Positions 62,535 through 64,000 of a stretch of DNA of 64,000 bases are shown here, piece by piece. This stretch comes from an uncultured Methylococcales bacterium (GTDB taxonomy: Bacteria > Pseudomonadota > Gammaproteobacteria > Methylococcales > G963664935). Made by a program: the position numbers and the translations under genes. The stretch is taken from positions 8,218 to 72,217 of the forward strand of contig CAZZET010000003.1 in NCBI GenBank assembly GCA_964653275.1. Direction: 5' to 3'. Positions within the stretch are counted from its first letter, which is position 1. Each line of letters opens with the position of its first letter. The notes under the pieces are model-generated. The model was not told where the DNA came from and searched no databases. It saw only the letters and a list, made by a program, of their open reading frames with translations.

Positions 62535-64000
62535 GCTGGATGCAACAGCTTTATGAGACTTACGAACAATGCGCCCGAAATCCAGACTTTCAAATGGGAG
62601 AACACACGCTCCTGCCAATTTACCATGTTAGTCAACAGGCCCATATAGAAGTTGTTGTTGATGAACGTGCCGAACTTGTCAGTGCCACAGTGATAAATAA
62701 AGAAGAGACGATTCTACCAGCGACGGAGAACTCAGCAGGAAGAGCTGGATCCAAAGAGGCACCTCATGGGTTAGCGGATAAAATACAGTATTGCGCAGGT
62801 GATTATGCTGGTTTCGGTGGACAAAAAAAGCCGTGTTTCGAATCTTATATCAAGCAATTAAGGGAATGGACCGAATCTTCTTGCACACATCCTAAAGTTA
62901 AAATTATTTTTCAGTATCTGAAAAAGAAAAGACTTGTGGCCGACCTTGTTGCGAAGGGCGTATTGCATGTGGATGGCGAAAACCATTTACTCAATGATTG
63001 GGATAAAGCGAAATTAGACTCGGAAGCCCCGACGATATTCAAGCAACTAAATAAGGACCAAAAAACCAAAAAATACGATCAAGGTAATGCTTTGGTGAGA
63101 TGGCGGATTCAAATTCCCGGTGATCTACAAGACGTAACTTGGAAAGATGAAACGATATTTGAATCATGGAAGAGTTATTGTCTAATTCAGGACGCTTCAA
63201 AAAACTTTTGTCATATTACAGGTGAAAACGTTCCACCAGCAAGCAATCATCCGAGAAGGATTCGTAGTAGTGCCGATGGTACAAAATTAATTTCGATACC
63301 AAGCGATAAATCATTTTATACCTACCAAGGTCGTTTTACTCAAGCGCCACAGGCTTTCACGGTAGGAGTAGGAACAACTCAAAAAGCACACAATGCATTA
63401 CGTTGGTTAATTGCTCGACAGGGGTATAAAAATGGTGATCAAGTAATCGTCAGTTGGGCTGTGTCTGGTAAAGACATTCCCAAGATAACCGATAACTCGC
63501 TTGAATTTCTGGGCACCGAACTGGAAACAAACAACAAAGCATATTCCAGCGATTCGGGGCAAAGATTTGCGCTAAATCTTGGTAAAAAGGTCGCGGGTTA
63601 TCAACAAGATCTTGGATCTGCCGAACGAGTCGTAGTAATGGAACTGGATTCAGCCACATCTGGTCGATTATCAGTTGCGTTTTATCGAGAACTCACTGGT
63701 TCCGACTTTCTAAAGCGCGTTGAGAGCTGGCACTTGGATTTTTCGTGGTTGCTTTGTTTTTTCATCAAAGACCATTCACACAAAAGCGTTAGAACATGGA
63801 AAAGTTGCGCACCTTCCCCAAAGAGTATCGCCGAAACCGCTTATGGAAAACGCTTAGACGAAAAATTGAAGAAAGCAACGATAGAGCGCTTGCTGCCCTG
63901 TATTGTTGATGGTAGCCCACTCCCAGCGGATTTACTTGAATCCAGCATCCAACGAACAAGTAATCGAGTAAGTATGGAATACTGGGAATGGCAACAGTCC
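62531..64000 (+). CDS. cas8c: Type I-C CRISPR-associated protein Cas8c (Csd1), 3'-truncated by the window edge
   Basis: This gene is absent from the ORF track because no stop is reached. The ATG at 62531 overlaps the cas5c stop (ATGA). My hand translation stays open for 490 codons to nt 64000: MSWMQQLYETYEQC...HPRRIRSSADGTKLIS...VVVMELDSATSGRLSVAFYREL, which is Csd1-like. Confidence 0.85.
   Translation, partial: MSWMQQLYETYEQCARNPDFQMGEHTLLPIYHVSQQAHIEVVVDERAELVSATVINKEETILPATENSAGRAGSKEAPHGLADKIQYCAGDYAGFGGQKKPCFESYIKQLREWTESSCTHPKVKIIFQYLKKKRLVADLVAKGVLHVDGENHLLNDWDKAKLDSEAPTIFKQLNKDQKTKKYDQGNALVRWRIQIPGDLQDVTWKDETIFESWKSYCLIQDASKNFCHITGENVPPASNHPRRIRSSADGTKLISIPSDKSFYTYQGRFTQAPQAFTVGVGTTQKAHNALRWLIARQGYKNGDQVIVSWAVSGKDIPKITDNSLEFLGTELETNNKAYSSDSGQRFALNLGKKVAGYQQDLGSAERVVVMELDSATSGRLSVAFYRELTGSDFLKRVESWHLDFSWLLCFFIKDHSHKSVRTWKSCAPSPKSIAETAYGKRLDEKLKKATIERLLPCIVDGSPLPADLLESSIQRTSNRVSMEYWEWQQS

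Overview
This window looks like chromosomal DNA from a moderately AT-rich (judged by eye) gammaproteobacterium-like genome. It is almost fully coding and is dominated by conserved housekeeping synteny. From left to right it carries: a DUF4404-GGDEF-response regulator group; fimV-asd-leuB-leuD-leuC-adk; smc-zipA-ligA; queF; oppA-oppB; fabI; ppiD-tRNA(Asp)-tRNA(Val)-hupB-lon-clpX-clpP-tig-tRNA(Leu); mrcB with an LpoP-like lipoprotein and a SPOR protein; prpC-prpD; and a six-gene MoxR/DUF58/DUF4381/BatA/BatB/BatD operon. At the right edge a WYL regulator precedes a type I-C cas operon (cas3-cas5c-cas8c) that runs off the window. I found no CRISPR array inside the window. Unusual content is limited to five items. 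(i) An 893-aa fusion of an unknown N-domain, an MBL hydrolase (HTHSHDDH), two cNMP-binding-like domains and a hemerythrin-like tail lacking two His ligands. (ii) An orphan exosortase plus EpsI-like pair with no visible substrate or EPS genes. (iii) An astacin-motif metzincin lipoprotein in a small lipoprotein cluster. (iv) A decay scar where a 21-codon glpK 5' remnant abuts a probably truncated RDD gene, next to an oppAB operon lacking oppCDF. (v) An 18-bp helix, perfect only on the tRNA strand, that brackets the tRNA-Val/tRNA-Asp spacer. All calls rest on motif and synteny recognition from the translated ORFs, because no database search was possible. I do not see an unambiguous, wholly new multi-gene system. 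The candidates above are ranked honestly in the findings.
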